Position numbers and translations under genes: made by a program
Shown: positions 12,881-27,282 of the stretch, piece after piece
How the letters are laid out: each line of letters opens with the position of its first letter
How positions within the stretch are numbered: position 1 is the stretch's first letter
From: Octopus vulgaris
Taxonomy: Eukaryota
Direction: 5' to 3'
Length of the DNA: 64,000 nt
Assembly: GCA_951406725.2 (NCBI GenBank)
Contig: OX597814.1
Location: forward strand, 80,414,001 to 80,478,000
The notes under the pieces: generated by a model
What the model saw: the letters and a program-made list of their open reading frames with translations, nothing else
Told to the model about the DNA's origin: nothing
The model's database searches: none

Positions 12881-14168
12881 TTCAAACAGAGATCAGGTGT
12901 GTTATTAATGTTGTTATTGCTGTTGTTATCATTCAACTGAAGCGATATATAGCCAATGGCGTTCCAGTTCTGACCATCCAGTATTTTATAAGATATCAAT
13001 GATTATCATTATCTAGCGTGGGCTTTCGTTTTGAAGAAGATTTGGATGCTATTTCTAGCATATTGAGCAACCACATAAAGCTTCCGGCTGTAGAACCTCT
13101 GCCTCAACGAATTCCGTCTGACCCATACAAGCGTGGAAAAGTGGACATGAAAACGATAATAGCGAAGCTCATTCCGTTTGAGGGTTTGTGATTGCGAGCT
13201 CAAACACCAGAGCTGTTCTTGTCACGGAAATGAAGCTTCCACTTCTCTGTTCTGTATTGACCAAACTGACGTCAACATGAGTAAATACGGCGAAAGAAAG
13301 GAGGCTACAGAGAGAAAAATGCATGCGCGCGTATCTGTGTGTAGAAAGATACGATGGTAAGACGGAAGTAAGCTAGTGACATCTGTCACTACCTGTCAAG
13401 TAAGATTTGAAGAGAATAACCGTCACATATGTAGGCCTGCAACTATTGCTGGAAACCAAAAAGTAAATAAGTAAATACAAATGAAAGACATGGTTACACT
13501 TGGTCAACTCCAGCAAGGTATCGACGACTTTTTCAACCGTTTCATTCTTCTGCAGCTGATAACGTTTACGAACCAAGAATTGGCCCTTCCTAACTCAACA
13601 CATCACACTTTCTGCTTAACCGTTTGAACCTACGAGTAGGTTTCAGCGAGTGCGACTTTATTTGACTATACCCCTAGAAGACGCAAAAAGCGGGTGGCTA
13701 CATGGTTTTCTAATAATGGTGCGCTAATTGGCAGAAACATGGTTATTTCCAGCCATAAACTCAAACCCATGTGGCCGCCCGCTTTTGTCGCTTCCAGAGT
13801 TATAGTCAAATGAATTCACAACGCGCTGATGCGCAATCGCGGGTTCAGAGAGATAGGAAACACATCGAATCGTTAGAGTGTCTAGCAAAAACTCTTTGCT
13901 GTCAGCGTCATATTTCATTTTTCTGAAGCTGTTGCTACTGTTTAGCTACGTGTCAGCACTGATTTAAATAAAAGATGAATAAAATATTATTTTATGATTT
14001 CAAAACTTTGTATCCACGTGATTTTCGGTTCCGTCCTGATGGGCGACACCTTCGACAAGTACCTTTTATTACAACACCGAGCTGACCAATGCCTTGTGAA
14101 TGAATTTGGTAGACGGAAACTGTGTAGAAGCCCATGTATGTATGTATATATGATTGTGTGTGTGTATG

Positions 14169-14206
<38 letters not shown>

Positions 14207-15479
14207 TGTGTGTGTGTGTATGTATCCAACAAGATTAGCGTTTACGGTAAATTCGAAGTTTCGGTCTGTTTAGCTTTATTGGCTGTGAAGAAATCCAATG
14301 AAGGCAAAGCAGTCCGAAACTTCGAAATTACAGTCAACGCTATTCTTGTTGAAAAATAATAAATATGTAGTTTACAAAAAGTATTGAGTAAATCTTGCAG
14401 TTTAACATAAAATTGTTTTTATTATAACCAGACATAATGGGACCAGCTGGTAGAATCGTCACCGCGCCGGGCAAAATGCTTAACGGCATTTCTTCCAGCT
14501 ATACATTCTGAGTTCAAATTCTATCGAAGTCGACATTGCCTGCCATCGTTTTGGGATCGGTAAACTAAGTACCAGTTGAACACTGGGATCCATTTAGTCG
14601 ACTAGATCCCGTCACACCAAATTTGAGTTCTTGTGCCTATAGTAGAAAGGATTATAACTCGACATATGAGTAACAATATATAAACAGCCGAAATTTGCCA
14701 TGATGAATCGGTTTCTGACTGAAGAATGAAGGCTCTGAATTACTGTCCGTTTTTCCGTGTTTGTCAATTCGTGAATTTCACGTCCTTTATATATAAGTTT
14801 TATTATATATATATAAACATACATATGTGTATTGTATACCACCCACTGCTTGATAACTGGTGTTGATTTATTTACGGACCTGTAACTTGCAGTTTACCCA
14901 AAAAGCACGATAGAATATGAACCAAACTTAAAAAATAAGTACTGGAGTCGTTTTGCTCGAGTAAACCTTTTACGACAGTGCTCCAGCATGACCTCAGTCC
15001 AATGACTGAAACAAGTAAAAGATAAAAGAAGATGTTGTAGGAATAGCTTCCAAACAAAATACTTAAAGGAATGAAGAATTTCTTTAACGGCATATTCATT
15101 CCAGGTTTGTTAAAATAACGCTGTTTCATTTAACACCAGATTCAGACATTTTTAATATCAGGGCAAGATGAATGCTATCTTCAGAGTTCAACTGAATCCT
15201 GTACTTTATTTATAAAATATCAGCGATTATTAAAGGAGACGTCAAAATGTTGATAAGAATTATAATGGCTCAATTTTCAATTTCACAAGAATTAATATGG
15301 ATCAATTTTCAATTTCACAAGTATTAGAATGGAGAAATATAAACAGCCAACCATGGTAACATAAAATAACATATGAGCTAAATTAATATAACAGTTTAAT
15401 GAAGCTGAGGGAATTTCATTCAAAACAACCCCTCTTTAGGTTTTGGGGAAAGTGATACTGTTTCACTTTTCATATAGGG

Positions 15480-15960
15480 CTTTTTTCATGTCAGAGCAAC
15501 TTGGTTGCTTCCTTCAAGGTCAAAATGATTTCTTTTCTTTGTTTTCAAGTTCTTAAGTGTAAAACACCCTTTTCTACAATAGTGGATCGTCGCAAAAGGC
15601 AACAGCATTACTGTTGCTTTCACATGTATAATTTTAAAGTTTTCACAGCTTCTAACATACAGGAAAGATGATATATTTGCCATCTCCTAAAATCCCATCA
15701 GATTTTTCAGACACATCAGCCATTTGTAAGTTTAATGGATTTTCATCTCTATTAACAATTTTTGAATTAAACCATGGGAATTTATCAAAGTGCTGCTGTA
15801 TAAGTTTAATAGGATGCTTCATAACAATTCCCTTGACGTCACCAAGACTAATATCTTGATAGTCTTTTCAAAACTTTGGTTTAATCCAGAAACTTTTGAT
15901 CTCTTGCTGAAACGATATTAAATTTTTTTTCTTGCAATACTTTTTTCATTGAAATTACAA
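15480..15960 (-). mobile_element. hAT (Buster/Charlie-like) transposase C-terminal remnant
   Basis: KATVMLLPFATIHYCRKGCFTLKNLKTKKRNHFDLEGSNQVALT resembles the hAT dimerisation motif LLPFATTYLCE.GFS.L..IKTK.RNRL. Confidence 0.8.
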
Positions 15961-16415
15961 GATCAACATATTTATTAGCTACTTATGAAAAATGTATGCG
16001 TGCCAGCCAAATGGCCTTACTGAACTCATCTACAGGAGCATTTTTTGAACCACCAGTTGTCAGAATTTGAAAAATTATAAAATATAATGATGAGAACATG
16101 TTATTTGTCTCTAAATTATATGTTAATGTTATGGTGCGGTTACTGATGATAATTTCGCCTACCAAATTATTTTTTTGCAAAATAAAATTTGAAACCTAGG
16201 TATAACAGTAAAAAAATAACAAGGTAAAAGTTTTTATTTTTCATTCACTTCGAAATTGCTCTTAAATGTGGTTTTGGTCGTTTTGACTGCTTCTTCGAGC
16301 GTGTAAAACTACCTGTTTAAGGTAGTCTCTCTTGTGTTTAAATGAAACATATGTTGAGAGTAAAGGAATTTTGATAAAATCTTCGTTCGACTCCATTCTT
16401 TCCTATATATACATG

Positions 16416-16460
<45 letters not shown>

Positions 16461-17122
16461 TAAGTTGTCGATTACTGTAATGCGCATATATCTTCAGTTG
16501 TAAATTGCTACTAAGATATGGAGTTTTATTAAATTGCCCGGCAAAATCATTGTTTTCTTTGATTGAAAAATTCACTTGTCCAGTTGTATTTTCTGCTGAG
16601 GATAGAAATTCTTATTTTAATTCATATTAGCATCGTTGTTGTTGTCTAACCTCTGATCAACCCTGGTCAAGAAGAGATCTACCAGGAAAAGCATTCCGAC
16701 CATGCCGGTCCCACGTTTCTCTATGTGTTGGGAACACGAGATCACATTATCCAGAATTGTACGGTCCTTTTTTCTTTAAATTTGGGGTACATTTAGCTTT
16801 GATTTCAAGCACGTCAAGTGTCCACATAGAGCCAATCTCTGCGAAGTTGGTTTTTCTTCCTTTTCTGAGATTGATTTTGTTGTCATTGTTTAGCGCAGAT
16901 TAGTTCTTGCTCAATGTTCCTGTTGCAATCATCACGCCTTTTGTTCAGTCACAATGTAACTGGGAATACATGATCCAGTGTGTCCTTTTCCTCGACGATG
17001 GAGCGTATGTTTGTATATGTGTATATGTGTGGATGTGCATGTGTGTATTTGTATGCGCTTGTGTGCATGTGAGTGATTTGAGGGAAACTTAGCTGTTGTT
17101 TTTAAAGACTCTTGTTGACTCT

Positions 17123-17154
<32 letters not shown>

Positions 17155-17486
17155 TTTTCTCTCTTTCTCTCTCCCTTGCTGTCATTCCTTGCGCTACTGT
17201 TTTTCATTCACCTCATTCATCGTTATCTTTTCCCTCCCGCTCTCATTTCCCCTTTCACTCTCCCATCTTTCTCCCTCTTTCTCCCTCATTCCCACCCTTA
17301 TCCTCTTCCTCCCCCTCTTTCTCCCTCATTCCCACCCTTATCCTCTTCCTCCCCCCTCCTCCTCCTCCTCCTCCTTTCCTTGCTACTACTTCTTACACCC
17401 TTACTGTCTATTACAAGCCCACTTGAAGTTTGCTCGGCCATCAAGCTGTGTTTTGGTTTTCGCTTATTTGGTTTTGTAGTATTAGT

Positions 17487-17561
<75 letters not shown>

Positions 17562-17609
17562 TATTGTAATTGTTGTTTTTGTTGCCTTATCTATCAACAA
17601 CACACTTAC

Positions 17610-18325
17610 ATAGCTGGGATTCCTCCACTGTAACTCGATCGTTCATCCAGTTGAACTGACACATAACCGCGCTGACAGAACACTGAATAGATTTAGCTAG
17701 GGAGGGGACGGGAGGGGCAATGGTAGAGGTGGTGCTGCTATTGCTGTTGTTGTTGTTGCTGCTGCTGCAGTTGCTGCTGCTGTTTGCTGGCAGGGTGGAT
17801 GGAGGAGACAGGTGGCGGCGGCAAAAGGGAGAGGAAGGGAAGTGGAGGAATTTTACAGAGTACTGACAAGAGATTGGGTGGGGTCGGGTCGGGTAGGGGA
17901 GAGTAGGGGGCAGCGAGCGTGTAAAAAGAAAAAAATATTTAAAAAAAAAAAGAGGACCGAGGGAGTAATAAAATAAATTTGGCGGTGAAAAATAACGAGA
18001 ACGCGAACGTCGTGGTTATGGCGGTGCTGGTGCTGGGGGTACTGGGAGTGCTGGAGGTGAGGCTGGAGGTGGTGCTGGAGGTGGTAATGGTAGTGGTGGT
18101 GATGCTGCTGGTGCTGGTGGGGGTGGTCGGGTGGTGGTGGTCGGGTGGAGCTGGTGGTGATCGGATGGCATTGCTCGTGCTGGTGTGATTGTGCTTGTAT
18201 TGGTGATGTAGGGGGTTCGAATCTTGGTGGTGGTGGTGGTGCTCTCGCTAGTTGTTGTTTCACCTACCCGTTTTCCCATTCCACTTTCACCCCCCTCCCT
18301 AACGCCACTGATTCCGAGATGAGAA
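17610..18325 (-). other. Candidate host-gene exon: low-complexity leader ending in a short ATG-initiated segment MCQFNWMNDRVTVEESQL
   Basis: Minus strand: ATG at 17664, open for 55 nt to a GTAAGT donor at 17609-17604. Pyrimidine tract and AG at 18327-18326 form a possible acceptor. GC-enriched, non-TE-looking sequence. Product not recognised. Confidence 0.45.
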
Positions 18326-18372
18326 CTAACACGTGGATAAAGAGGGGAGGGGTAAGAATTAAAGTAAACCCC

Positions 18373-18418
<46 letters not shown>

Positions 18419-18455
18419 AAATGTACTACTACTGCTGTTGGCGTTATTGATGCTT

Positions 18456-18492
<37 letters not shown>

Positions 18493-18936
18493 AAATGTAC
18501 GAATCACTACGCAGGCACAAGATCAGAGGCTTGATGGGGCCCGACAGTCGATTAAACAGACTTTATTAAAACAAACTGTTACAATATTATATTGATCTTA
18601 GAGTGATAATAGTCACCTTTTATTTACCATAAGAGCGTCACAACATCAGTGGTAAGAAACTCTCAAGAGAGCTGAAGAGCAGACGATTTCAAGAGACGAA
18701 CCCTTCATCCCCATTCCCCACCCTCCAGCCGCCATGCAAGTGTTTCGGCCCTTAACTTCTTACACGCTAACGGGGCCGGGCTGCATCCACATCACGATTC
18801 TTGATTAAAATCAAGATATTCTTGACCTGAAGAGTAGCTTGCGGTATACACATCGCTTGGATATTTACCACTTCCAAGGTTCCACTCGCTATGAAACATA
18901 TGTAGCCCGTATTTTATCTACTCCATTCCTTAACTC

Positions 18937-19024
<88 letters not shown>

Positions 19025-19497
19025 CGTTTCTAACATTGATCATCCAAGGATACAAATCATTCGGAAAGGTGTTACGTGCTTTTAACCGAATCAAGTCCAT
19101 TTCAAAATCTGTATTGAATCTATATTTATGCAAAAGAGAAAGCGAACATAGTAAGATTTGAACATCAGAAATTTGCAGCCATTGGCAGAACGGTGGACTA
19201 GGTACTTTCATTTTTTAGTTCCGACTATTTACATTCCTTTAGTTTGTTGTTATTGATGTTATTGTTTATTTAACCCAAGGTCAACTACAAATGTGCAGTT
19301 GTCCTATGATCAAAAACATTCTCAGAGTGGCCGTCCATCCCGCTTTTTCCTGTATGGAGGAAACCCAGGAGCAGATGATGTAGTGAGTCATTTCCTAAAG
19401 TATAGGTGTTGCTTACGTCATAAGAATTTAGAAAATTCGAAGAACTACATTCTTATGAGGTAAACAATACACGCGAGCACATGAGAGACGCACACAT

Positions 19498-19572
<75 letters not shown>

Positions 19573-19585
19573 CCTACCTACCTAC

Positions 19586-19636
<51 letters not shown>

Positions 19637-19649
19637 CCTACCTACCTAC

Positions 19650-19688
<39 letters not shown>

Positions 19689-19737
19689 CCTACCTATCTA
19701 TCTATCTATCTATCTATCTATCAATCTATCTACCTAC

Positions 19738-19820
<83 letters not shown>

Positions 19821-20379
19821 AAGCCTCTGACCGATAACTGATGAGGAGTTGAGAACCTTTTGTGCTTGTTTTCCGTTCGTCTGCGCATTTACTGTTTTTA
19901 ACTTGCCATTTTGTGTTTGCTTTCTGTTCGTTTGTGCATTTACTATACGATTTTTAACTTACACACACACACACACACACACACGTATATATAGAGAGAG
20001 AGCGTAACTGCTTTTTCCATTCCATAAGTAACTTTTGAATCTGATGTTGTATAACATTCGTCATCTTAGAATTACAGAATTACTTCTAACTTTGATATAG
20101 AACGAAGTGTATCTGATATATTCTATTATTTGTTTCCATCTTTGAACCATGGCCATGCTAGAGCACCTCCATGAAAGTACTCCATCGTAGTACTTATTTT
20201 GTTTGTTTTTTTTGTAAGTTTGATATTTATGCTATCGGACTCTTTTGTTGAACTGCTAAGTTACGAGAACGTAAACAAACCAACAAGCAGAGTTGGAGAA
20301 ACAAACACAAGAACACACACACATATCTATCTATATAACTATCTATGTGTACGTGTGTGTGTGTGTATGAAACCGCTAA

Positions 20380-20559
20380 TCCTCACACATTTTCTCTCTC
20401 TCCGTTTCTCTCCATTTTTTCCTTTTCAATCTTTTCTGTCGAAGAGCGTAGGCTCGAAAAGTCAATCCATTCTTCCTGAGCGTTAAATTAATACATCTAC
20501 TTGTTGTACTCTTACTTGTGTTTGTCTTTTTATTTTCTGTATATTTGAACTACACATCC

Positions 20560-20635
<76 letters not shown>

Positions 20636-20820
20636 GGAGAATTCACGAAAAAAACAAAAGACGAAGACAGGTGGTGTAGAAAACAAACAGATGTATTAGT
20701 ATAACGCTCGGGAATTGAAAAGATCTTTAACGTTTCGAGCCTACGCTCTTCCACAGAAAGGAACACAGAAAGAAACAAGGAGAGAAAAAAGTGTGTGTAG
20801 TGGCTACCGATCTATCATGG
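20380..20820. mobile_element. Two solo Penelope 3'-tail copies in inverted orientation around (TG)n
   Basis: 20380-20560(+) and 20632-20820(-) both match 6105-6300, including the GAAGAGCGTAGGCTCGAAA motif. Confidence 0.85.
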
Positions 20821-20824
20821 CGAA

Positions 20825-20944
<120 letters not shown>

Positions 20945-21347
20945 GTACTTTCAGTTTCCACTTACCAAATCTTCTCACAAAGCCTTGCTCGGGCCAGGGT
21001 TATAGTAGAAGACGCTTAGTCAAAATTCCACGTAATGAGACTAAACCTGGAACTATGTATGGTTATATATAAATGCAGTGAACCATTAAATTGAAGGATC
21101 ACTCAATGCTTTTCAGTAGAGTAAAACCCTTTCTTCATTTTTGCAACGGAAATTATGCAGATGTCAGAAAGAAAGATTTCACTTGCGACTTGACATTGTA
21201 TACTTCCAAAATTACTCATGAAATTAAAGAGCTCATCTCTCTCTTACAAGCGACAAGGCATTTTGGTGCTAGAAATTCAAATCTGTTGCAACCTTCTGTT
21301 TTGGGTGTGTTTGTTTTTGCTTTTTTTATTTATACTGTTTCTTTTTA

Positions 21348-21735
21348 TAGGCGCTGGGGCGTGACTGTGTGGCAAGATGTTTGCTTTCCAAACACATGGT
21401 TCTGGGTTCATTCCCACTGTGACAATTTTTTTCTACCATAGCCTCGGTCTGGCCAAAGCCTAGTGTTTGGATCTGGTAGACAGAAATTGAATGAAGCCCA
21501 TCGTGTGTGTGTGTATGCGCATGTGTGTGTGTTTGTGCGTGCGTTCCCAACACTGCCTGACAACCGGTATTGGTATGTTTACGTCCTCGTGACTTAGCGG
21601 TTCGGCAAAAAGGGCCGATAGAGTAAGTACCTGGCTTAAAAGTAAAAGTAAGCAGTTGGGGTCGATTCGTTCGACTAAAAGTTCTTCAAGTCGGTACCCC
21701 AGCATGACCGCAGTCCAATGACTGAAACAAGTAAA
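21348..21735 (+). mobile_element. SINE family B, full-length
   Basis: tRNA-like head (CTGTGTGGCAAG...GGGTTCATTCCC), central TG tract and tail CAGTCCAATGACTGAAACAAGTAAA. More than ten partial copies occur in the window. Confidence 0.85.
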
Positions 21736-22624
21736 CGTTACTGGAGATACAATCTTAGACTACGTTAGCCCCCCCCCCCGTTGAAAATAACTAGCAGACC
21801 CTTCTGGATCAGGAAGTGCTTCGAATATCTCGATATGTCTTGGCATTAGATCTGGATTCCAGTTCCGATTACAGATTATATTTGATTACTGGTGAATACA
21901 ACAGTCCATTTCATGTTAAAATTCATTACACATAGGCGTTTACCACCAGGTGTAATACTTCGGCAGTTAGGAAGAAACTCTACACGGTTCCAGTTTTGTT
22001 TGTTTTTGTTTTGCTTTTCTGTGGTGGAGTGGGGTGGGGAGTTTTTTTTTTTTTTTCTTTTAACTGTTCGGTTGGCAGGTTTGTGTGTTGGAAGGGTAAA
22101 GACGAAGTATTTACTACAAACAAAAGTCAACGAAAATGACACGTTCACATCACTTCCGGAGCAATATATTTTGTTTCTTTTCTTTCCATCTTTCTCCTTA
22201 CTTTTTCCTTCTTTCCCTCCTTGTCTTCTTATTTTCTTCATTTCTTTATTTCTATTTTCTATCCCTTTTTTTTACTTCTCATTTTTCAATATTTTTCCCA
22301 CTCTCTTTGTAACATATATACCTCACAACTCTCTCTCTCCATCCCTTCTCTCTTCTCTCTGTTTCTCTCTCTCTTTCCCTCTCTCCCTCTGTCTCTCTCT
22401 CTCGCTATTTTCTGTATCTCTCTTTATCGAGTATTATTTTACTTTTTTAATGATTTCTTTCTTTTCTCTCTAAGCCCAGTGTTTTACAGCACTTCTGATT
22501 AGAGTGATGAAATGCAGAGGGCAGCACACAACTGAATGTTATTTAAGATTGGGACTACATAAACATTTTGGCCTGTAGAAATATCTTCAGAGGTGATGGC
22601 CAACCAGCAGTTAGTGTGGGGGGG

Positions 22625-22701
<77 letters not shown>

Positions 22702-23841
22702 GTAAAGAGAACAAAAAGTAAAAAGGCTATGATGGAATACTTAATAGCACTGACATTTCTATAAAATATCGATCTTGATGCCAGAATTGCTGATACTCAC
22801 GCCTTTGAAAAAAAAAAAAAATCAGTATCTAGTTCACACAGTTTTACATTCTGCGTTCGAAACACACCAAAGCTAACTTCAATTTTAAACTTCCGGTTTC
22901 GATGAAACATGAAATAAATATAAAAGACGCTTACTCGCCCTTTTCCGAATCAAATTTGGGATCTTCTCAGTCTCATTCGCAAAAATGAGCCCCCTCATTT
23001 ATGGTGTATCGATACAACTCTCAATTTTGATTACGATCAACCAATTACTTTGTTTCTTTTCTTTCCATCTTACGTATCGTAAATTAAAGAATCTGATGTT
23101 ATTTGGAATTAAAGTTGGGAAATTTGGGTAATTTTAGCCAATCAACAGACTGTGTGGCATTAGAATCCTGTTACCATGACAACCGCACGCTGTGTTGTGT
23201 TTCACTTCACCCGTGTCTCTTTGTGACTTGTAGGTTAAGTCGTTGCAAATATAGCAAAAGTTTTTTACGATGTTTATACAGTTTCTTGGCATTATGAAGG
23301 AGAATGGACAGTATTGCCAACATTCAGTGACTCATTGATTCAGATAGCTGGATTTATGATTTCACAAGGTTAATTCCATTCATAAACATTTAAATTAGGA
23401 GTATTTCGTAAACTGTTAGCTTCACATTTCTTTTTCTTGAGACAAATTCTTTGTTGACCATTGTTATTCTTGTCGTAGTTTACAAATCCAAGCACCGAAT
23501 GCCAGAACGAAAATCAATCGAACAGTAACGTTAACATCAGGGTAAGGTGATCTAAACAATACAGCCATTTAAAATTGAATATACTAATTATTATCGTGAC
23601 GAACACAGCTACTGTCGCTAATAGCTAATTATTCATATCTCCGCCGGATTTTAGCGAGCGCCACTGAGTGTTTGGCCATTGTTATAGTGTATTGATAAAT
23701 ATATTAGTCAATGAAATTCCAACATAATCAGATTTTTACATTTTATTTTTGTGTTTTTAAAATTTTACAATATTGCAATATTACATAGTATTACATATTA
23801 CAATATGTAATATTACAATATTACATAATATTTTACATGTA

Positions 23842-24351
23842 CCATATTTTCCGGTGTATAAGCCGCTATTTTTTTACCTGGGAAATTTAGTGTGCAGCTT
23901 ATAGAAAGGTGCGCCTAACGTGTGTATCTTTTTGTAAGTTTCCGGAGGAAAATAATTTGTGTATGGAGATCGGATGATTCCACTGAATTTTTCAGAGGAA
24001 AGGTCAGTCGGTGAAAGACTACAGTACATTGGTGCCCAGAAGAAAATAAAGCATATCTGTTTTGTTTTACCTTCATGTTTTGATAATGTTATTTTTAATC
24101 TAATAAAGACTTTTTTGTATTGACGAAATGTGTTTGTTGTTGATTATAGTAAGATAAAATTATAATAATAACGATACATCTCATAGTTATAAAATAAGGC
24201 ATTTTGAAACTACATACACGTCAACAACAAAAAAGTTTGCTGCGGAACCGTAGCTCTATAGGTCTTTTATGTGTGAATAAAACCAAAACTTTCCCAAAAA
24301 TTTGCCCCCGCAGCTTAAATACCGATGAGCTTTATAGACCGGAAAATACGG
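23842..24351. mobile_element. MITE with pogo/Tigger-type TIRs
   Basis: TA|CCATATTTTCCGGTGTATAA ... TTATAGACCGGAAAATACGG|TA. Confidence 0.85.
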
Positions 24352-24409
24352 TAATTTGTAATGAATTATGTGTATTATTATAAAACTGTATAGATGTAAA
24401 AATAAAATG

Positions 24410-25070
24410 TGAAAATAAGAGATGTAATTTAATGCCATCTGCCGTGCAGGACAATGCAAAAGAAAAAAATAACTCGTTTTTCATGCCTTGTTGTCTTGAC
24501 GAGTACATTTTTGCGCCGTTTATATTGAACGTTCTGTTGCTGACATTGATGTTTCGTCTATGTTTGTAATTTGGCAGAGATTGTATTCAAGTCCTTTTAC
24601 GACTGCATCATGAAACTCTGGAACTTGATTATTTTCATCACGAGATCCTTCATTAAGTTTTGTACTGTTTTGGTTTTCTGTCACAGTACTAAATTCTCTT
24701 GCTTCATAAATCTTGATCACTAGCTCGTTGTTACTTTAAAGTTTACGAACAGCTATTTATCCTTAACAACCCGTTTCAGCGCTAAAAGACGGATGAGGGA
24801 CCGTGTCACTGCCACGATATCTTGTCTTTGGTCTTCTACCCATTTTAGTCTCGCTGCCTTTAATTCTGGCAACTTTCTTAGATTCTGGCTCCTATTTGTG
24901 CACTTTACTTCAGGCGCTTTTTCCAAATTTTCCTCAGTTTTTCACCATTCTCTAACTTGTTTTTGCTGATCATGGACTGCTTGGAAACGGCGCTGTCTTT
25001 GTATTCTTTGGCATACTGTACGGCTTTCAGTGTGAATCTCACTTCGCATTTCATTCATTTGTTTTGGGGT
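24410..25070 (-). mobile_element. pogo-family (POGK-like) transposase remnant
   Basis: Hand translation gives LKAVQYAKEY..KQVREW (Brinker-like HTH), PELKAARLKWVEDQRQDIVAVTRSLIRLLA (CENP-B-type HTH), and ITNIDETS..KTTRHEKR..LSCTADGIKL (start of DDE domain). Confidence 0.85.
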
Positions 25071-25739
25071 TGCGGCAACTTGGAGGTTATAACAAGAAAG
25101 ACCAGTATGTTTCCCTGCAGACCATTTGTAACTAGAGAGGCACCTGTTCATAATAACAGAGATGCATGACAACAAAGGTGGCTGTTTGTTTTAATAGATT
25201 TTTGATAATCTATCCTCGTTATCTATTCTATCGTCATTACTTTAAACCACAGACAGCAAGAAGGACTTATTTGCTGTAATTTATTGAAATGCTAATACTA
25301 ATTACCTTAGACTAAAATTAAGAAATTAACCAAGTATATTTACATTTATTTATTCAAATTCATAATTTAATAATAATCATAATATTGCTTGCAAATTTTG
25401 GCACAAGAACAGCAGTTTTGGAAGTTGGAGTAAGTCGATTACATCGACCTTGTGACCGACTTGTACTTATTTTATCGACCTCGAAATGATAAAAGGCAAA
25501 GTCGACTTCGGTGGAATTTGAACCCAGAACATAAAGACGGACAAAATGCCGCTAAGCAACTTGTCCGGCGTGCTAACGATACTGCCAACTCGCCACCTTA
25601 GTAATAACCTTAATATTACTTTAATACACCAATAGTTGTTCGTCCCACATTTCGATTTTACATGCAAAGTTCGTCACATCACGTCATTGAAATTCTCCAA
25701 GTTTCTATAGGATTTCGAACATAAACTCACCCACTTGAC

Positions 25740-26000
25740 CATAAAGTCATTATTTGCGAAGATTCTATTAAAGTTCATTTATATTTCTTAACCTGAAATT
25801 ATTCTGGAGATCGATCGGTTATTGCTAAACAATGCCCTCGACTTATATGTCAATAATGTTAAAACTAATGATTATGGCCTAAAAATTCTCCTCTGCCTAC
25901 AAGTCGAGTCAGCTAATATCCCGGTATATACGGAATGCTTTATAATTTATATTTTATGCCTGACTAGACTGATATTAAAGAAAGCTATTAAAAAGTCTAG
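25740..26000 (+). mobile_element. Possible very old Penelope RT remnant
   Basis: LTIKSLFAKI resembles FDVKSLFTNI, with a weak G..MG.P-like region downstream; heavily decayed. Confidence 0.25.
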
Positions 26001-26455
26001 TTCAATATACATAACTGTTTATGCGTATACAGACAGTTTTCCGATTGCTCAAATATTAGTAGTCTGCGTAAACAACTGTAACGAGATGTATGGGGAGAAT
26101 AAATGAACATTAGATATATTAAACATTATATGATACATTGTAAGGGAGGAAGTGGAAAAGCAAAAAAATGTAACTTGTGCCGTTGAAAACTGTTAATGTG
26201 CCATAAGAAGATATACAGTTAAAACATTGCCATAATTGTTCGCGAAATACCATATAGAAAACGAACAGCTACAATAACAAATACAAAATAGAGAAAGGGA
26301 AGATATATTTTCTATAAAGATCGTGTATGAGGTCAGAACAATACATGCCACTTTAGAACAATCACAGACAAATACTTCAGGTGCCTCAGATAAGTTTTAA
26401 TCACAATAGATTAAACATACTCACACACACACATATATATACATATATGAATATG

Positions 26456-26493
<38 letters not shown>

Positions 26494-26506
26494 TATACAT
26501 ATATAT

Positions 26507-26583
<77 letters not shown>

Positions 26584-26970
26584 CATATATGTATGTATAT
26601 ATAATGCTATCGAAACAGCTGTAGACGCTTTAAATGGAGGTTTAAAATATCAATGATATTTTCTATTTCTTCAAATCTATTTAAGAGAAAACTGAAGGTT
26701 AAAGAAGAAGATTATAAAGCAAAGTAGAGACAAATAAAGGAAAATTATATATCGTTAGTATGTAAAATGTGCGGTTGAAGAAACGAAGTAAAATGAAGCG
26801 AAGTAATAACAATTAAAGAGCATGTAAAACAAAACTGAATTCGAGAAATGACGAGGAATAGCAGAGGATCTAAAGGTTCGATTTATATCCTTTGCCAAAA
26901 AAAAGTAAAATATCTGAAGGGATTACAAACAGGTACGATACCAAATTTATGACGTCATTCCAGAATACAA

Positions 26971-27008
<38 letters not shown>

Positions 27009-27088
27009 ATTAAGGGTAAAAATTGATATTTATCAATTAGAACCAGTGGTCTAGCATATTAAAGAAAGAATCCGAAGATTAAAATATT

Positions 27089-27282
27089 TATATATACCAA
27101 TTAAGGACTGAACACGAAAAGTGGACAGTCAACATGCTAGATATAGACGTCAAATCGCCATTCTCCACAAAAAGTCTATGTTCTCAGTTTGATCTGAGAA
27201 CATAGACTTTTTGTGGAGAATGGCGATTTGACGTCTATATCTAGCATGTTGACTGTCCACTTTTCGTGTTCAGTCCTTAATT

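Noticed and set aside
13373-13918. Short normal-looking minus-strand ORFs
   Set aside because: Interrupted by stops, with no recognisable motif and no splice pair; probably decayed TE.
17853-18263. His/Gln/Pro-rich 136-aa ORF as a protein-coding gene
   Set aside because: GTG start, composition explained by CAC/CAG repeats, and it runs through poly-T; treated as leader sequence.
23138-23183. CCAAT box plus RFX X-box GTTACCATGACAAC as a promoter
   Set aside because: The motifs are present, but no adjacent transcription unit is evident and such motifs occur in repeats.
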